A DNA stretch of 62,672 nucleotides, filler included, from Choristocarpus tenellus KU-1152 (GCA_964200185.2; 9 parts of 9 records of this genome joined end to end with filler, not necessarily neighbours in it); one strand, 5' to 3'. Shown: positions 36,747 to 50,544, counted from the first letter of the whole stretch. Notes: generated from the letters alone by a model not told the origin. Program-made: numbers and translations.

Positions 36747-37938
36747 TGCTCCTTCCCATTCTTGTGGTATGTGAAATTCTCATTGAACCTGGCAAATCAC
36801 CAGGAGTTCCAAAGATCAATGTCTGAACGGTTTAATGAGGAGACCAGTAACGTTTTCTTTCCAAGACCAGAGGATGTCAGGAACAGGTGCATGCAGAGCT
36901 CTACTCTTGCCTCTCTTTAAGAACATGACGGGGTCACCCGTTGACTCACTCAATCAAACAATTCAAACATCAAACCAAAAATGAAGACCTAAACTACTGA
37001 TGCCACACCATCACCTTGCTTATATATATTTATAAACTTTACACGGTTGTAAATGATGTTCAAATGATATACATTTCCAAATGAGTCATGTTCTATGAGG
37101 AGAAGGCAAACCATACACCTCTCTGATCCTCACCCATTCTAAGCAATTCTCAACTAAAAAACCACTTGCTCCATACAGTATAGACTGTAACATTGTCGCC
37201 AAGCTAGCATTGATCTCGAAATTAAAATCTGATCAACAATTTGTACAACATCATTCCAAATAGCGAAAAACACACCTTTTCAAACTACTTCCAACAATAA
37301 TATACAAATATATCTATGCCAAACACTGCCCTATACGTTTTGGCAGGTTATTTTCTCGTGACTCCAACATTGCACATCCAAAATCCCCAACCGTCCATTC
37401 ACCATGTGCAAGCAAATCAAAGGTCCCTCCAAACTCCTCATTCCTCTTCCAAACATTCAATCTTATTAAGCCTACGCACGACTCTTTCTGTATACGACAT
37501 AATGTGTTCGTGGTGGGAAACACTTTATCTTCACACACACTGTGAATGTTGTTGCTCAGCACGTAATACAAATCTCCACCCAACCGTCACCCATTGTACT
37601 ATTGATATCGGGTGTTCTTTCTGGGTGGACCACTACTTTGTGTCCCCCATTTCCCCCCCTCTTCCTCTCTCTGCCCCCCTGGCTTGGAGGGGCCTTCCCT
37701 AGATGAACCCAATGATGCATTCGCAGGTTTGGACTTGCTGAGACTTTTCGGTTCCTGCAGGCATAGTTTGAATTCAGATACATACGTGTAGGCAGCAAGT
37801 ACACAAAACATGCACATATTATTACTATGATTACTGTTATTATGTTTGCACATATCAAATTCATTTTCCAAGAGTATGTCAAAATGGAGTGGGGCAGGGC
37901 AAGTTGAAGTAAAAAGAATATAAAGAGAACGCATCTCA

Positions 37939-38196
37939 GAGCCAAAGTATCTTAGAGGGTAGAGCCGCGTCCATTTCGGGGTCAAATTCCAATGTTCCGA
38001 TTTTGATGTAATTTTGACTATCATGTTTTTGAGGAAGTGTCAATATCCTTGTTCCAGACACACCTTTTCATAACGTGCAAATTTTACCTACTCCGAAACA
38101 TATCGGAGTAGGAAAGAGTCATAAAACACCTGTGGGAACCCAAGTCCCAAATGGACAAACAGGGCAAAAATCGTACCCTCTAAGATACTTTCATTC
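37939..38196 (+). mobile_element. MITE family A
   Basis: Complete TIRs and body; no clear TSD. Confidence 0.9.
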
Positions 38197-38239
38197 AGGC
38201 GTCGAAGTCGCTAACACTCCACCCCTCAGCGAAGATTGT

Positions 38240-39640
38240 TACCTTTAGCTCCTTGTACCACTCCATTGCTGATTGCTCTGCGTAAGGCCATAGATGGCCC
38301 TGGCAGCTTTTATGGTGGATCCATTGGGCAGTTGTAGTCATACATCCTCAGGGAGTGGTGCGTTCAGGTAGGCTTGAGTGAATTCTAGGGAGTTGATGAC
38401 CCAGGTTTTGTTGGCTGCTGTAGCTAGGGCTACCCGAATCACGCCAAATCCCACCACTGGACTGAATGCGCTGAAGTAGTCCACCCCTTCTTGCTGGGAA
38501 AAACCCCGTGCCACCAGCCTGGCCTTGAACCTTTCAATGTCTCCATTGGCTGTCGAAATACGGTGTACGAAGCAAGGGAGCGTTCTATGAAAGGTTCCTT
38601 CGTTGCCTAACAGGTGAACTTATCGAGTCCTTGGTCGGTGTTGTTGGTATCTGATCGACTGCAATATTGAGATACCCATCAGAGTCGTCTTCAGTATCGG
38701 GGATATCGTGATCGTCGGTCAAAGTCATGGTTTCTCTCTCCCCCACAAAGTCCATGATGTGTTCGTCTGGCTCGAACGTCACTAGGACTGAGGTCACCAA
38801 CTTGACCACTTGAGGAAGCTAGATGTACCAACAAAGTGATGTACGATCATGTCCCATGATGATACCCCGCTTGGCGTATGGGTGAGAAACTTTGAACCGA
38901 CTCCCCTCTGCTGCTTGTCCTGGTGAACATAGCACTCGCTCCCCCAGGCCCAAAGCCTATCACAATTGAAGGATTTTTTCTTTAGACGCTCGCATGGTGT
39001 CTCTCCTCCCAGGTATTCACGTGGCATGCCTCCAGTTTGAAGGCGACGACGTCCGTGATGGCAAAGAACACGTACTCGGCGCCAAGCCCAGCCTTTACTA
39101 GTTGACTCCTCGCTGCCCCCATGAGTTGCTTTATCACCCTTTCCGCGATCCCATTGCTCTGTGTTGTTCTCGGTGGATAATTTCCTCCATCTGGTACCGT
39201 TGGTGGTCGCCACCATCCTTTGAAACTTTATCGATCTCCCAAGCTCACCAGCACCATCCCCACTGATGCATTGGACTGGTATACCTTCCCTGGCCATCTG
39301 GTCGAGATAGGCAGCGGTTGCGTCCGTCGCTGCGTTTTGGGTTTTCAATTCGTAAACCCTCTTGCCTCGGCTGCTCTCATCGACAAACACCTGAAAATAT
39401 TTGTGACCAGTGATGTCTGGTTGAAAAGGTCCGCCAAATCCGTTTGGACAACTACGCCGGGCCGCTTGGAGGTCCTGCCACCCCGTTGATAGCTTAGAGC
39501 TTCTAATTTACATTCCTTGTATGTCTCGCATCGTAGTTCTGACGCCACAGTAGCGTCGGTGACCTCCAACAGTCCACGCTTCTCGAGATGCTTGATAACG
39601 GACGAGTTGATGTGGTCCAATGTGTTGTGGTATGTCCTTC
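38240..39640 (-). mobile_element. Decayed Ty1/Copia pol (GAG-pre-integrase, integrase, start of RT)
   Basis: In Copia order: DHINSSVIKHL..C..PGVVVQTDL; FVDESSR..ISGDGAGEL; LWAWGSECYVH; GDIERFKARLVARGFSQQEGVDYFSAFSPVV..FTQAYLNAPL. Multiple frameshifts and stops. Confidence 0.92.
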
Positions 39641-40455
39641 AATGTCAGCTTCTGCTCTTGATTGGCTCGTGCTGCGCTGGCTCTCGATTCTCGTTCCTCC
39701 TTGATATTGTTCCTGTTAAATTTAGGACCCCCCACAATGTTGTAGGTTTATCTTGGACGAATTCTTGGAGGTCTTCAGGTAACTTTATTTTGTTCCTGAA
39801 TCCATAAATTTTCCTCCGTTCGTACAGTTCTACTACTCAATATGCGGTATGGTAGACCTGACAATCATATAACATCCTTCAGAATCACTCGTTGGTTTGC
39901 CATTCTTGTCCGTCACCATTATTAGAACCATATCCACAGTTTCCTTCGCGTCCAATTTCCCATTGTTTCGAGGGTGGATGTCCGTTTCGTCACCCGAGTG
40001 CTTACGAGGTCTTCACGATCAAGTGTAAGGTGCACGTTTGCTCCAAAGTCACACAATATCTCGACTTGTCTTCCACTGGAGGAGTTGCTGGAACTCTCAA
40101 ACCTGAAAAACCTTATTCTGCACACTCCCCCGTGAGAGTGGAAATAAGAGAAGACATATTGGTTCAATTCTCACACACATCACATTTGTCCTGTCAATGC
40201 AGTAAAAGAACGCTAATTGGTTGAACTCTAACATATGTTCGATTAGACTCTTCCAACTCTATCGGACAGTTACGGTAAAATATGTATGGAGTAATGGAAC
40301 AATNNNNNNNNNNNNNNNNNNNNNNNNNNNNNNNNNNNNNNNNNNNNTTAATTAATTAANNNNNNNNNNNNNNNNNNNNNNNNNNNNNNNNNNNNNNNNN
40401 NNNGTGGTGGCACGTAGTGGGCGGCCTTCGGAACTCACACCGACCAAGATGGCTG

Positions 40456-40575
40456 CAATACATAGTATCAATACATAGTATCAATACATAGTATCAATAC
40501 ATAGTATCAATACATAGTATCAATACATAGTATCAATACATAGTATCAATACATAGTATCAATACATAGTATCAA
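40456..40575. repeat. Perfect 13-bp minisatellite (CAATACATAGTAT) x ~9
   Basis: Direct reading; no mismatches seen. Confidence 0.95.
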
Positions 40576-40599
40576 CTCCGAAAATCGGTCATCCACAGA

Positions 40600-41168
40600 G
40601 CGTCAGGTGACAACGAAGATGGTCGCCAAGGGGCTGATTATAACACGAGCATCATAAAACAGGTGGTTGGATGGTGATACGGGGGCCATGCTGAATTGCC
40701 ACTGGATCAAACCCAAGCATAAATAGTACAACTGTGCTTCTTCAGGTCTTTGAAATGCCGGGTGATGGGGGAGCGGTTTGGGTCCATGGAGGAGTATGAT
40801 GAGATGGTGAAGGTCATTAAGAAACAGTATGAGGAGTATGATGAAACCACACTTGAGAGGGCTTGGCAGCTCCTTTTTGTGGTGTACAATCAAGTACTTT
40901 GATACAAAGATAGAAATGACTTCGGTGTGGAGCACACAGGGGTAAGGAAGAGGCAGTTGTCTGGTGAGCTTGAAAACATGCTGAAGGTAGAGACATGGAG
41001 ACCATTTCTGTGGCTGATAAGATTGAAATGGATGGGGAGTAATAATAAAAAAAGAGCTGACCCTAACCGGAGATTCGTCAAGGATTCCAAATCTTCTTTC
41101 AGATATTAATTTCATCATCCTAAAACGTTATGGACAACACGGCACAGACTTATGGCACGAAGGTAGTA
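40600..41168 (+). mobile_element. 3' remnant of a DD39D-type Tc1/mariner transposon
   Basis: FFRSLKCRV..DEMVKVIKKQYEEYDETTLERAWQLLFVVYNQVL*..NDFGVEHTGVRKRQ; ends ttatggcacgaaggtag|TA, resembling a Stowaway-type TIR plus TA target site. Confidence 0.75.
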
Positions 41169-41559
41169 TTACATTATATTATATTATTTGCTCTGGATGG
41201 TTTTGTTTCCTCTTAATGTAGGGTAGTATTTTCGGGAGAAATTGGAAGTGTTACAAAAGAGATACAGGAGGATACTCCCTAAGACCTACAAGGAAAATTG
41301 AGAGCAGACCTAAGTCTACATCCTCTGAATATTTTTATTTTCCGAGAGATACCTGCTGTTTAAAGGACAGAACTATTGTTTTCACTAGTAATACTACTAT
41401 TACCAACATTGATCAGATCAAGATTCTTGTAACTGAAAATAAAGAAGAGTCTTTTTTTGTATTCTTTTTGATAACTTAGAGGGTTCACCACAGACAGGCA
41501 TTTTCACTAAAGTGAAATAGAATTGTATGCTCCAAGCAAAGTGGTTATCCACGTATCAA

Positions 41560-41995
41560 CAATAATAATAATAATAATAATAACATTGACAATAACAACA
41601 ACAATAATAATAATAATATTGACAACAACAACAACAACAACAATAATCATAATACTGCATGCATTAATACCCACTGTACATGCTATCTTTTCGATTGAGG
41701 CTACCCAAAGCAAACAATCAACAGCCTAGAAACACACACAAGGTTTAGATATGACAACAGCAAAGAGGACAGTCGCATCACACCATATCACATCACATCA
41801 CATCACAGTTCCATTCCACTTCTCACTTCTCACTGCACCTGATGAGTCATCATCCATACATTCTGAGACATGTATATATTTTGTACTGATGTTCTCTGTT
41901 ATGTTCTGAATCACCTCAACTCCAGTTACACAAAAATACTACTATGACTAATAATAATGATAGTATCAGCACATCTCTTTTAAACCTACTACTAT

Positions 41996-42036
<41 letters not shown>

Positions 42037-42150
42037 AATAGTATCAGCACATCTCTTTTGAACCTATTACTACTACTACTACTACTAAACATGATAAAAA
42101 TAACAGTAACAGTACATCTCTTTTAATCCTACTCCTACTACTACTATAAA
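41560..42150. repeat. Compound microsatellite region (AAT/AAC)n, (CACAT)n, (CTA)n. Others: (CA)n 6889-6942, (ATG)n 53455-53493, (TTA)n 54834-54860
   Basis: Direct reading. Confidence 0.9.
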
Positions 42151-43040
42151 CATTAGTGATGATAACAAAAAACTTCTCAGACAAGGAACCACCAAAATAG
42201 TAACAAATTCTACACTTCACTTCAAAAAGGACCTCTTGCAGACTGGAGTCAACCATCCAGTTCCAATCAAACCAACACCAGGCAAAAATACAACTCACAC
42301 CACCCCCATGAACAATTTACTTCCAGAAAAATGACACAGCTTGGCTCATAGGTTCAAACGATTGGAAGACAATTGAGCATTATTACCACACAAAGCTGTC
42401 CCCGTGAGGAGGCCCTGGACCATCATTAGCAATACAAGAATACACGACACTATTGGACAACAACAAACAAGCTTGTAACAGTTGTAACTGCCACCGTAAC
42501 AGAGGGAGACTCCAATATTAAAACTGCCCTTCAATGCAAGGCCCCCCCTCCCTCCCCCCCTCCCCCCCCAAAAAAAAGAAAAAAAAGAAAGATGGCAGGA
42601 CATCATCTCACCTATGTGCCAGGGCCCCTCTGACCGGAGAGAGTAAATCAGACCAGGTTGCTTGTCGATAAAACATACCCCTCGTGGGACTAGAAGCGCG
42701 AACACCGCTGGAGTCACCAAAACCTCGTAGGCGTTTTGACACCTATGTTGTTCAAACAGCATCCCCCGTAATGGGTGAGAGCTAGCTAGGTTTAGGGTTA
42801 GGGTTACTGCATTCAGGAGTATTGGGAACAGGCCATGCAGTACGCTGGGAGGAGACAAAGGGCAACACGGGTGGGTACATGGTGAACATGGTGTATAAAC
42901 ACACCTTACCATGGTGTATAAACATGGGGATACAAATTTGACATCCAAGGACAATTAGTAAACCAACAAAATGACTCACAAGCAGCAGCAGGAATACCAT
43001 TATCAAGGGATAGATGCTACAACATGGGAAGGGACAACGG

Positions 43041-43807
43041 CTACGTTGGTGCTGAAGGTGGCATGTTGTAAGACCATTTACGCACACCCTGTAAGGAATT
43101 TTCAAGAGGGCAATGTACTAGTAGGTAGAATGCTGACAGACGCAAAGCACAAGAGATGTATGCCAAACAACAACAAAAATAATTACATTCATATATACAT
43201 ACATACACACATAACACACACATATACATACATATATACAAGTACAAACAAGTGAGCAGTCTACATCCTAAAAGAGCTAAACTAAAACAGCAAACACTAC
43301 GCAAATAACAGCAAATGAGAGATGAACAACCCCAACCCCATCATCTCAACCAGACCAAAAAAGGACCACTACTTCACCACGCACTCAGAACACACCCTCC
43401 ATCACCAACACCCACCCCAAACACACATTAACATTAACATTAACATTCACCACCATTCTCACCGAAACCTTCACATCATCCCACAGCCCCCAGTTCTTCC
43501 CACTCCCTCTCTGTCCACCAACTCCACCACCGCTCTCACAGTCATCCTTCCCTATTTCCCCGTCCCCGCCCCCAGCCCCTTCCCCCTGCCTGCCTCCCAA
43601 CCCACCACCCTCATCCCCACACGCAGCATACATTCCACATCCTGACGAACCAAACATCACTGGCACCGACATCATCCTACGCAACTGTTTCCTCTCCTTC
43701 AAAGGGGTGGAAAAGTCAGGCAACGGAAGACTTCCAACGTGTTCTCTTTCTTCCTCCTCTTCCCCTCCGCTGTCCTCCTCCTCTCCCTCCACATTCTCCT
43801 GTTCCTC

Positions 43808-43877
<70 letters not shown>

Positions 43878-44266
43878 ACCTTCCACAGACTTGCTAACAG
43901 ACGCCCTACCCCCCCCTCCTTCGTCTTTCGTGCCCACAGCAGCAAAAGACACCACCCCCGAACTCCCTCGCTTGGCCTTGCTCACGCCTCCCAAGGACAT
44001 GGTCCTCACAATCTCCTTCAGCCTCGCCTTTCCATTACCCTTGGCCAAAGAGCCCTTGGCCAAAGAGCCCCTGAAAGGACTCTTCCCATTCGGGGTTCCT
44101 GATTGGTCCTCCGGAGACGAAGGCTTGAGAGCCGGCCCAAGGTCAACAGCTGTGTGGAGGAACTCTCTGAAGTTGGTTGGCATGTAAGGGCAAGTATTCC
44201 CCATGGCGAGGAGCTGCATGACGTTCACATCGTTCTCATTCACCGGGTCAGGGTGCGATTCCGCCT
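43041..44266 (-). CDS. 3' part of an unknown low-complexity (Gly/Glu-rich) protein. Probable exons 44266-43469 (frameshifted inside a poly-G tract) and 43088-43041
   Basis: Long polypyrimidine tract and AG at 44267. Open frame AESHPDPVNENDVNVMQLLAMGNTCPYMPTNFREFLH...SVEGGGG, then a different frame after the ~70-nt G-run (GEEQENVEGEEEDS..ERKQLRRMMSVP..WGLWDDVK). Phase-0 join to GVRKWSYNMPPSAPT*. Confidence 0.55.
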
Positions 44267-44650
44267 CTTAAAAAAAAAAGAAGAAAAAAAAAAAGAGAAC
44301 AAATCACATCGTGCACAGAATCAACATCAAGAAAAGCTTCACCAGGAGGTTCGAATTCTCGCAGGATGGGCTAGGACGGCGCAGGAGCTGATTGGATCGA
44401 ACTTAGGATTAGAACAGTACAGTGAAGTATCCTTCTTTTTTCTTTTTCTTTTTTTTAACAAATATTGCGGAAATAAAGGCGGGTATTTTTCTTAGGTATA
44501 TATATATATATTAATTAATGTGTGAGGAGTGAAGTTTAGATAACCGCCTTCGATGTTCAGGCGTTACAGTTTGAGGTAACCATGTCCAAAGAGTGCCTGC
44601 ATCAATCAACCACTGTTCACCAAAAAAAGCCTTTCTTAAATAGGAAATCA

Positions 44651-44920
44651 GAGCAAAAGTATCTTAGAGATTACAAGGTTTGCCCTGTTTGTCCATTTGG
44701 GGCTTGGATTCCCATGGTTTTTTTAATTACATTTTCCTACTCCAACACATTTCGGAGTATGTAAAATGTACACGTTATGAAAAGGTGTGTCTGGAATAAG
44801 GATATTGACACTTCCTAACAAACACGATAGCCAAAATTACATCAAAATCGCAACATTGGATTATGATCCCCCAAACGGACACGGCTCTGCCCTAACCCTA
44901 ACCCTAAGATACTTTGACTC
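44651..44920 (-). mobile_element. MITE family A
   Basis: Reverse orientation; 4-bp TSD atca; (CCCTAA)3 inside one TIR. Confidence 0.92.
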
Positions 44921-47691
44921 ATCAACTGCAGTAGTTCACCATGATAAACACACAACGGCTTGGCTTTTAGAGCAAATTTGACCCTTGTTAACAGTTTCAT
45001 CAACCCACAAAACACCCATACATCCTTCTCAAACACCAGTCCACATGAAAATAATCCCATGGTCACAGAATCTAACCACCTACAACCCCATCGCTACCAT
45101 CACACTACATACAAAAAGCATCACCCCCCACTCCTAAATCACACGACCAACATATCCCCCCCACCCCCCCCCCTCCCCCCCCCCACGCAAAGTCTGTGTG
45201 TAGACAAGAAACCACTTGAACTTGAATGNNNNNNNNNNNNNNNNNNNNNNNNNNNNNNNNNNNNNNNNNNNNTTAATTAATTAANNNNNNNNNNNNNNNN
45301 NNNNNNNNNNNNNNNNNNNNNNNNNNNNAATACATGCAAATGAACACTTGCAACAGTCGTCAGACGCCCCCCTTGCCCAATTTTTTTTTTGTTAAACTGA
45401 TGGAGGGAATGGTTGGCCCTGGTTGTGATTTGCTTCTGTGCTGTATTTCAGAGGTCCTGACCTGTGATCCCTTCATTGTTTAGCAAGGAAGTCCCTGTTA
45501 GCCCTCTTTGAAAGGTCAGAGAGTTGCACATACACCGCACTGCTACACATCTAACTCGATCATCAATAGTTCGCATGCCGGACAAATCAAATTCAGTTTG
45601 TGGGGCGTACACATCAATGGGGATTCCTGTCAAAAATCTGAGATATGCGCACGTTAGGGCATATCTTCACAAGTTCAAGAGATGATTAATCAACACACTG
45701 TGGTTTGTACGACTTCTGGTATCGAGTGCAAATCATCGAGAAAGGATCCAAATCAATGCATTCGTAATAGGGAACGATTCGTACACGGTTCGCAGATGGG
45801 AAAAGTATGAAGATGGCGAAGAGGCACGACAAATATTTGTACACCTTTCGCACAGAATGAGCTATACCTACATGTGTTTGTACATGCACATATGCACAGA
45901 AGTAGTAGTTGTAGGGTTGAGACACCAATATACCAGAAAAAATATACTCTTTGCACTTATCATAATGGAAAAATAAGGGAACCAAGAACTGTACTTAATT
46001 ACAGTAATAGCAGAATCAACCTAAGATTCTGGGGATACAAGTGTTCACCATAAATCGCACTAAAATTAAATAACCAATGTACACATTGTTTCCTAAAGTT
46101 TTATTTTAGTGTCAGATCTATACGTCATTATTATGTCGTATGGAATCACAACGTACGATTTGTAAACGAATGTTGTTTCTGATTAAATCACAAAGATTTG
46201 TATATGAAGATGAGTTAGGGACAGACCATCAATACACGATTAAATAAATGCTCTGCTGAGATAGGTCAAATTCATATTGATAAAATTCGGAGTAATACCT
46301 ACTAATCGTTTATACCTCTTAACCAACAAACAGTCTTCTTGTATCGACAGATCAAAAATTGCACATCATTCCTCGACGTTCAATTGTACTTAGTAGTAGT
46401 ATATGAAGTGTGGTACAAGATTTCTTGATAGAAATGATTTGTACATCTTCACCACTCCTTCAACCTTCACATAAAAGTGTACATATTTTTGTCGGCTGAT
46501 TTTTGAAGTACAAACAAGTAAAATATTTATTTGTCCGACTTGTGAAAAGAAAAAGGTTCGCTCCGCCTAACAAGAACAGTGAGTCAGTCCACAATGGAAC
46601 CAGGTTTCTTGATCGAACTCACAGATTCAACAAAGAAAATTTAAGTCTGAAGATACTCCACTCATTGTTTTACTGTGGAACCAGGGTTCTTGAACATCGA
46701 GAACCGAACACTTTGAAGACACTCCACAGACTGTGGCTGGTTCAAGCATTCAAATATCCATGAGGAAGGACGATAGAACAGGCGTCTACGTAGCTCAGTG
46801 GTTGGAGCTGCGACGACCTCGTTATTTATCAAGGTTTTGAACCCCTTCGAAAAGATATTTCGACCGAATTTTTTTTTTTGATGATGCCATTTCATGTGGC
46901 AGATGCAACAGAGTGTACACCTCGACTATCCTGTCCGTAGTCAATACCCCACAAAAAACGCCAGACCAAGATCAGGACGGAAACACGTCGGCCCAGGTCC
47001 AGAAATCAACGTGCGAGGAACAAGGCAGAACTGGAGGAAGTACAATTAGTCATAGTGCAAAACTTAGTCAATAGCAGATAGTATGTGGTGCATCTGACCA
47101 CAAAAAAATTACAGCAAATAATATTTTTTTTATAGCATGACCAGAACAACACATTTTTCAGCAACAGAGAAGGAAACAATATAATATGATGAAAGTTCAT
47201 ACCTAGCACGTTCAAAAGAAACATATGTGTACTAAACCCTGGAGACACAAAAGAGGGGGGTGTATCTACTAAGAGCAAGAAATTCGCGCAGATTCGCGCG
47301 CGGTGAATTGCAAAACTTGCGCCCCTTGATATAAAACTGTTCTCACTTTGCTGTACATCTCGGTCTACCCTGTCAAGGGCTCAGGATTCATCATTGTGGG
47401 ATGTCACCCATACCCTGTTGTAGTGGAGAATGAGCACATGACGGGTTCATCGCAACATCATGAACCTCTGGTGCAGTCCCTCACAGAAATTGGTGCTGTG
47501 TGCAAAGGATAACTTTTCTTGTCTCGTCGTAGGTCCTGAGGTGTGTAAGGGTGTGAGAGCGCATATTTAGGAACGGCAACCAATCGGCTCAACTCAAGGC
47601 ATCTTGAACTGGCGGGAACAATAGTAGCGAGTAACCCTTCTCTAGGGAGGGACTATCGAAATGGACCGTTAGTCACCAACTTGTTGCTGAT

Positions 47692-47947
47692 GAGTGAAAG
47701 TATCTTAGAGGGTACGATTTTTGCCCTGTATGTTCATTTGGGGCTTGGCTTCCCATGGTCCCTTTTTATGACATTTTCCTACTCGAAAATGTTTCGGAGT
47801 AGCTAAAATGTATATGTTATGAAAAGGTGTGTCCAGAACAAGGATATTGACACTTCCTAGCAAACATGATAGCCCAGCATCAAAATCGCAACATTGGATT
47901 TTGGCCCCCAAATGGACGCAGCTCTACCCTCTAATATACTTTGACTC
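47692..47947 (-). mobile_element. MITE family A
   Basis: Reverse orientation; 4-bp TSD tgat. Confidence 0.92.
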
Positions 47948-49530
47948 TGATCCTGAGGTTGGGCTTGTTGGAGGAAGAAGTTGTGTTGTCAAATCCTTCT
48001 GCAATCCTTGACATAGTTTATTGACCATTCCTTTCCTACAACAGAAAATATGTTGCGAAGAGAGGGAGAGTCATCATGCTACAGGGCCATTCAGTCATTC
48101 TTCTCGTTGATCCCAAGACCCTTTCTTGGTACAAATCACACCCCACTGGCAACGGCAGATGCCATACCTGAAAGCTTTAATGAGGATTCCCAAGCCTTAC
48201 ATACATATGTATTTTTGGATTTGGTGGACAAGTCTAGAAAAGGTGCAGGAGGTCATCTTGACCAAAGAGCTACACACTACAGCTGATCCATTTACGTGTA
48301 CTCCTTGCTTGTCATCAGAAGGAGATGACAATTCAGAGCCTGCCCTCTAACATGGTATGTTGCACTGTGTTCCCACTTCTTTGTGTGACAATATATCTGC
48401 AGCTTCATCAACAGTTTTTGTGGCCATCTGTGCCTACAGTTTGATAAGGCGAAGAACTTGAGAGGACGCATTTGACGGCATATACTCCACTGAGGCTTGC
48501 TTGAGGTGGGCCAGGATACTGCTATATTGTCTAGGTGGTAACCTTATGGAGCAGAATGTATCTCCTCCTGTGTTCCGATGCGATAGTATTCCTGTTCATA
48601 AACAGATTGGAATGTCGGACTGAGGGATTCAACCCTTATGTAGTATGAAGATAGACAGCAAAACAAAAGAGGAGAGAGTAATGTCTTTTTGTGTACAGCC
48701 CTCTCAGGAATATAACATTAGGGTCAAAGTATCTGGGGGNNNNNNNNNNNNNNNNNNNNNNNNNNNNNNNNNNNNNNNNNNNNTTAATTAATTAANNNNN
48801 NNNNNNNNNNNNNNNNNNNNNNNNNNNNNNNNNNNNNNNTAAAGACCGTTTTCGCAAAACAACCATCCTCATAGTCCCGCGCCATCCTCAATTTTGAGGA
48901 TCCCCTGTTTTATGCTTAATGAAATGTTGTGGTCCGGATATTATGATAGGAATGAGACAGCGATATGCACTGCATCCAGGATGGCCGAAGTGTACACCAA
49001 GTATTGTGTCATAGGTTGCATAGGTGTGACCACAAACGGGATTCCAACAGGCATGTCTGTCGACTTGAAGCCGAGTCTATCGAGTATGATCCAAAACGTC
49101 TTCTTTGTAACAAAACTTCAAATTAATATTTATACCAAGTTTATATCGGTCACCTTACATTAGTGTCACTCTAAAAAGGGGCAACCGGCTGTAATGCGAA
49201 TAATAGTAGTAGCAACAGTAATACTGCCATACAGAATTCATGCCACTGTGGATCTGGTAGGGGACAATGAGATGAGACCATGCTTCGATTCTCACGCTCG
49301 CAATGAGTATATTTCTGACCAGGAGGAGAATAACATGGGCAACAGTGATTATGAGCCCATCGTTGTCCCGGTAATTTCTTCTCCTCCAGTTAGACGTAGC
49401 CTTGTCGTTGACAACAAGTTGCGGCTGTCCGGCACAGAGTTGGGTTCAGGAACACGTTTGGGGAAGTGACTTTTCCAGCAAAGCAAAGCACAAAGGGAAG
49501 TACAAGGACAATACACCAGGTGGCACCAAC

Positions 49531-49674
49531 AAGAGGAGGTGACTATCTTTGGCCGAGAAAAGTGATTTGCTGGACTTGCTAGGTATGTACAAGATGAACT
49601 ACAGGAATAGAGCCAAACGACACAGTGTTAGTGTGAGGACTATATCAAAATTTCGAACCTCTAAGGAGGAGATT
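49531..49674 (+). mobile_element. pogo/Tigger-like (CENP-B type HTH) transposase N-terminal remnant
   Basis: KRR*LSLAEKSDLLDLL..AKRHSVSVRTISKFRTSKEEI matches the RKRLSLxEK..IAxxxxVSxxTISxI pattern; internal stop. Confidence 0.55.
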
Positions 49675-50285
49675 GGTCAAGCAAATTCTTACCAACTTTG
49701 AACCTGGTCTCAGGAATGACTGCAATTAGAAGAGCAGGAAGAGGAAGTTGAGGCCTTGGCGTAGAACCTCAGGTATGATATAGAGGAGAAGAATTGTGTT
49801 ACGATCACAGCAAGTCAAGCTGGTGAGGAATTGTCCGGATACCAGAGAGCTGCACAAGATGGTGATGGTGATGGTGATGGAGGGGTTAGCTTGGTCAGAG
49901 GTGACCTCCTTAAGTGCTACACTTGCACTGCAGTGAAAAAGGTAGTGAAGAGGACTGGAGCAAGAATAACCCCCCTTACTGAAAGGCCCCGTCCGGTCTC
50001 AAACCAGTCTATTCACTCACCTTCATCTATGCGAGCACATGCCCTCATTCATACCGTCATGGAATTGGCAGATGACAGAAATTATCTTCGGAAGTTATGC
50101 CAAATTTTGACCAGCACAAGCCACTGGAGATCATGATGATCAACAGAGTCATATGAACGAGTAGGTACATGTTTCTGTTGCCTGTTCTGTAAGGTAATGA
50201 AGAAATATATTTAGTCCGTTATATAAGGAATGCACCAAGAGAAGAAAAAATATGTAAGGATACTATAGGTAAGAGCTTTAGAAAG

Positions 50286-50544
50286 GGGTCAAAGCATCTT
50301 AGAGGGTAGAGCCACGTCCGTTTGGGGGTCAAAATCTAATTGTTGCGATTTTGATGTAATCTAGGCCATCGTTTGTGTTTGTTAGGAAGTGTCAATATCC
50401 TTGTTCCAAAAACATCTTTTCATAACTTGAACACTTTACCTACTCCAAAACATTTCGGATTAGGTTAAAATAATAAAAATGTAGGACGCCAAGTCCCAAA
50501 CGGACAGACAGGGCAAAATCGTACCCTCTAAGATACTTTCACTC
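50286..50544 (+). mobile_element. MITE family A
   Basis: Complete, begins GGGTCAAAG; no TSD visible. Confidence 0.88.

Noticed and set aside
41507-42126. Poly-Ile/Val/Leu 'membrane protein' ORFs
   Set aside because: Translations of (AAT/AAC)n and (CTA)n microsatellites.
48000-48560. Possible hAT remnant (ILAHLKQAS.., RNIFSVVG, minus strand)
   Set aside because: Motifs are too degraded to support without a search.
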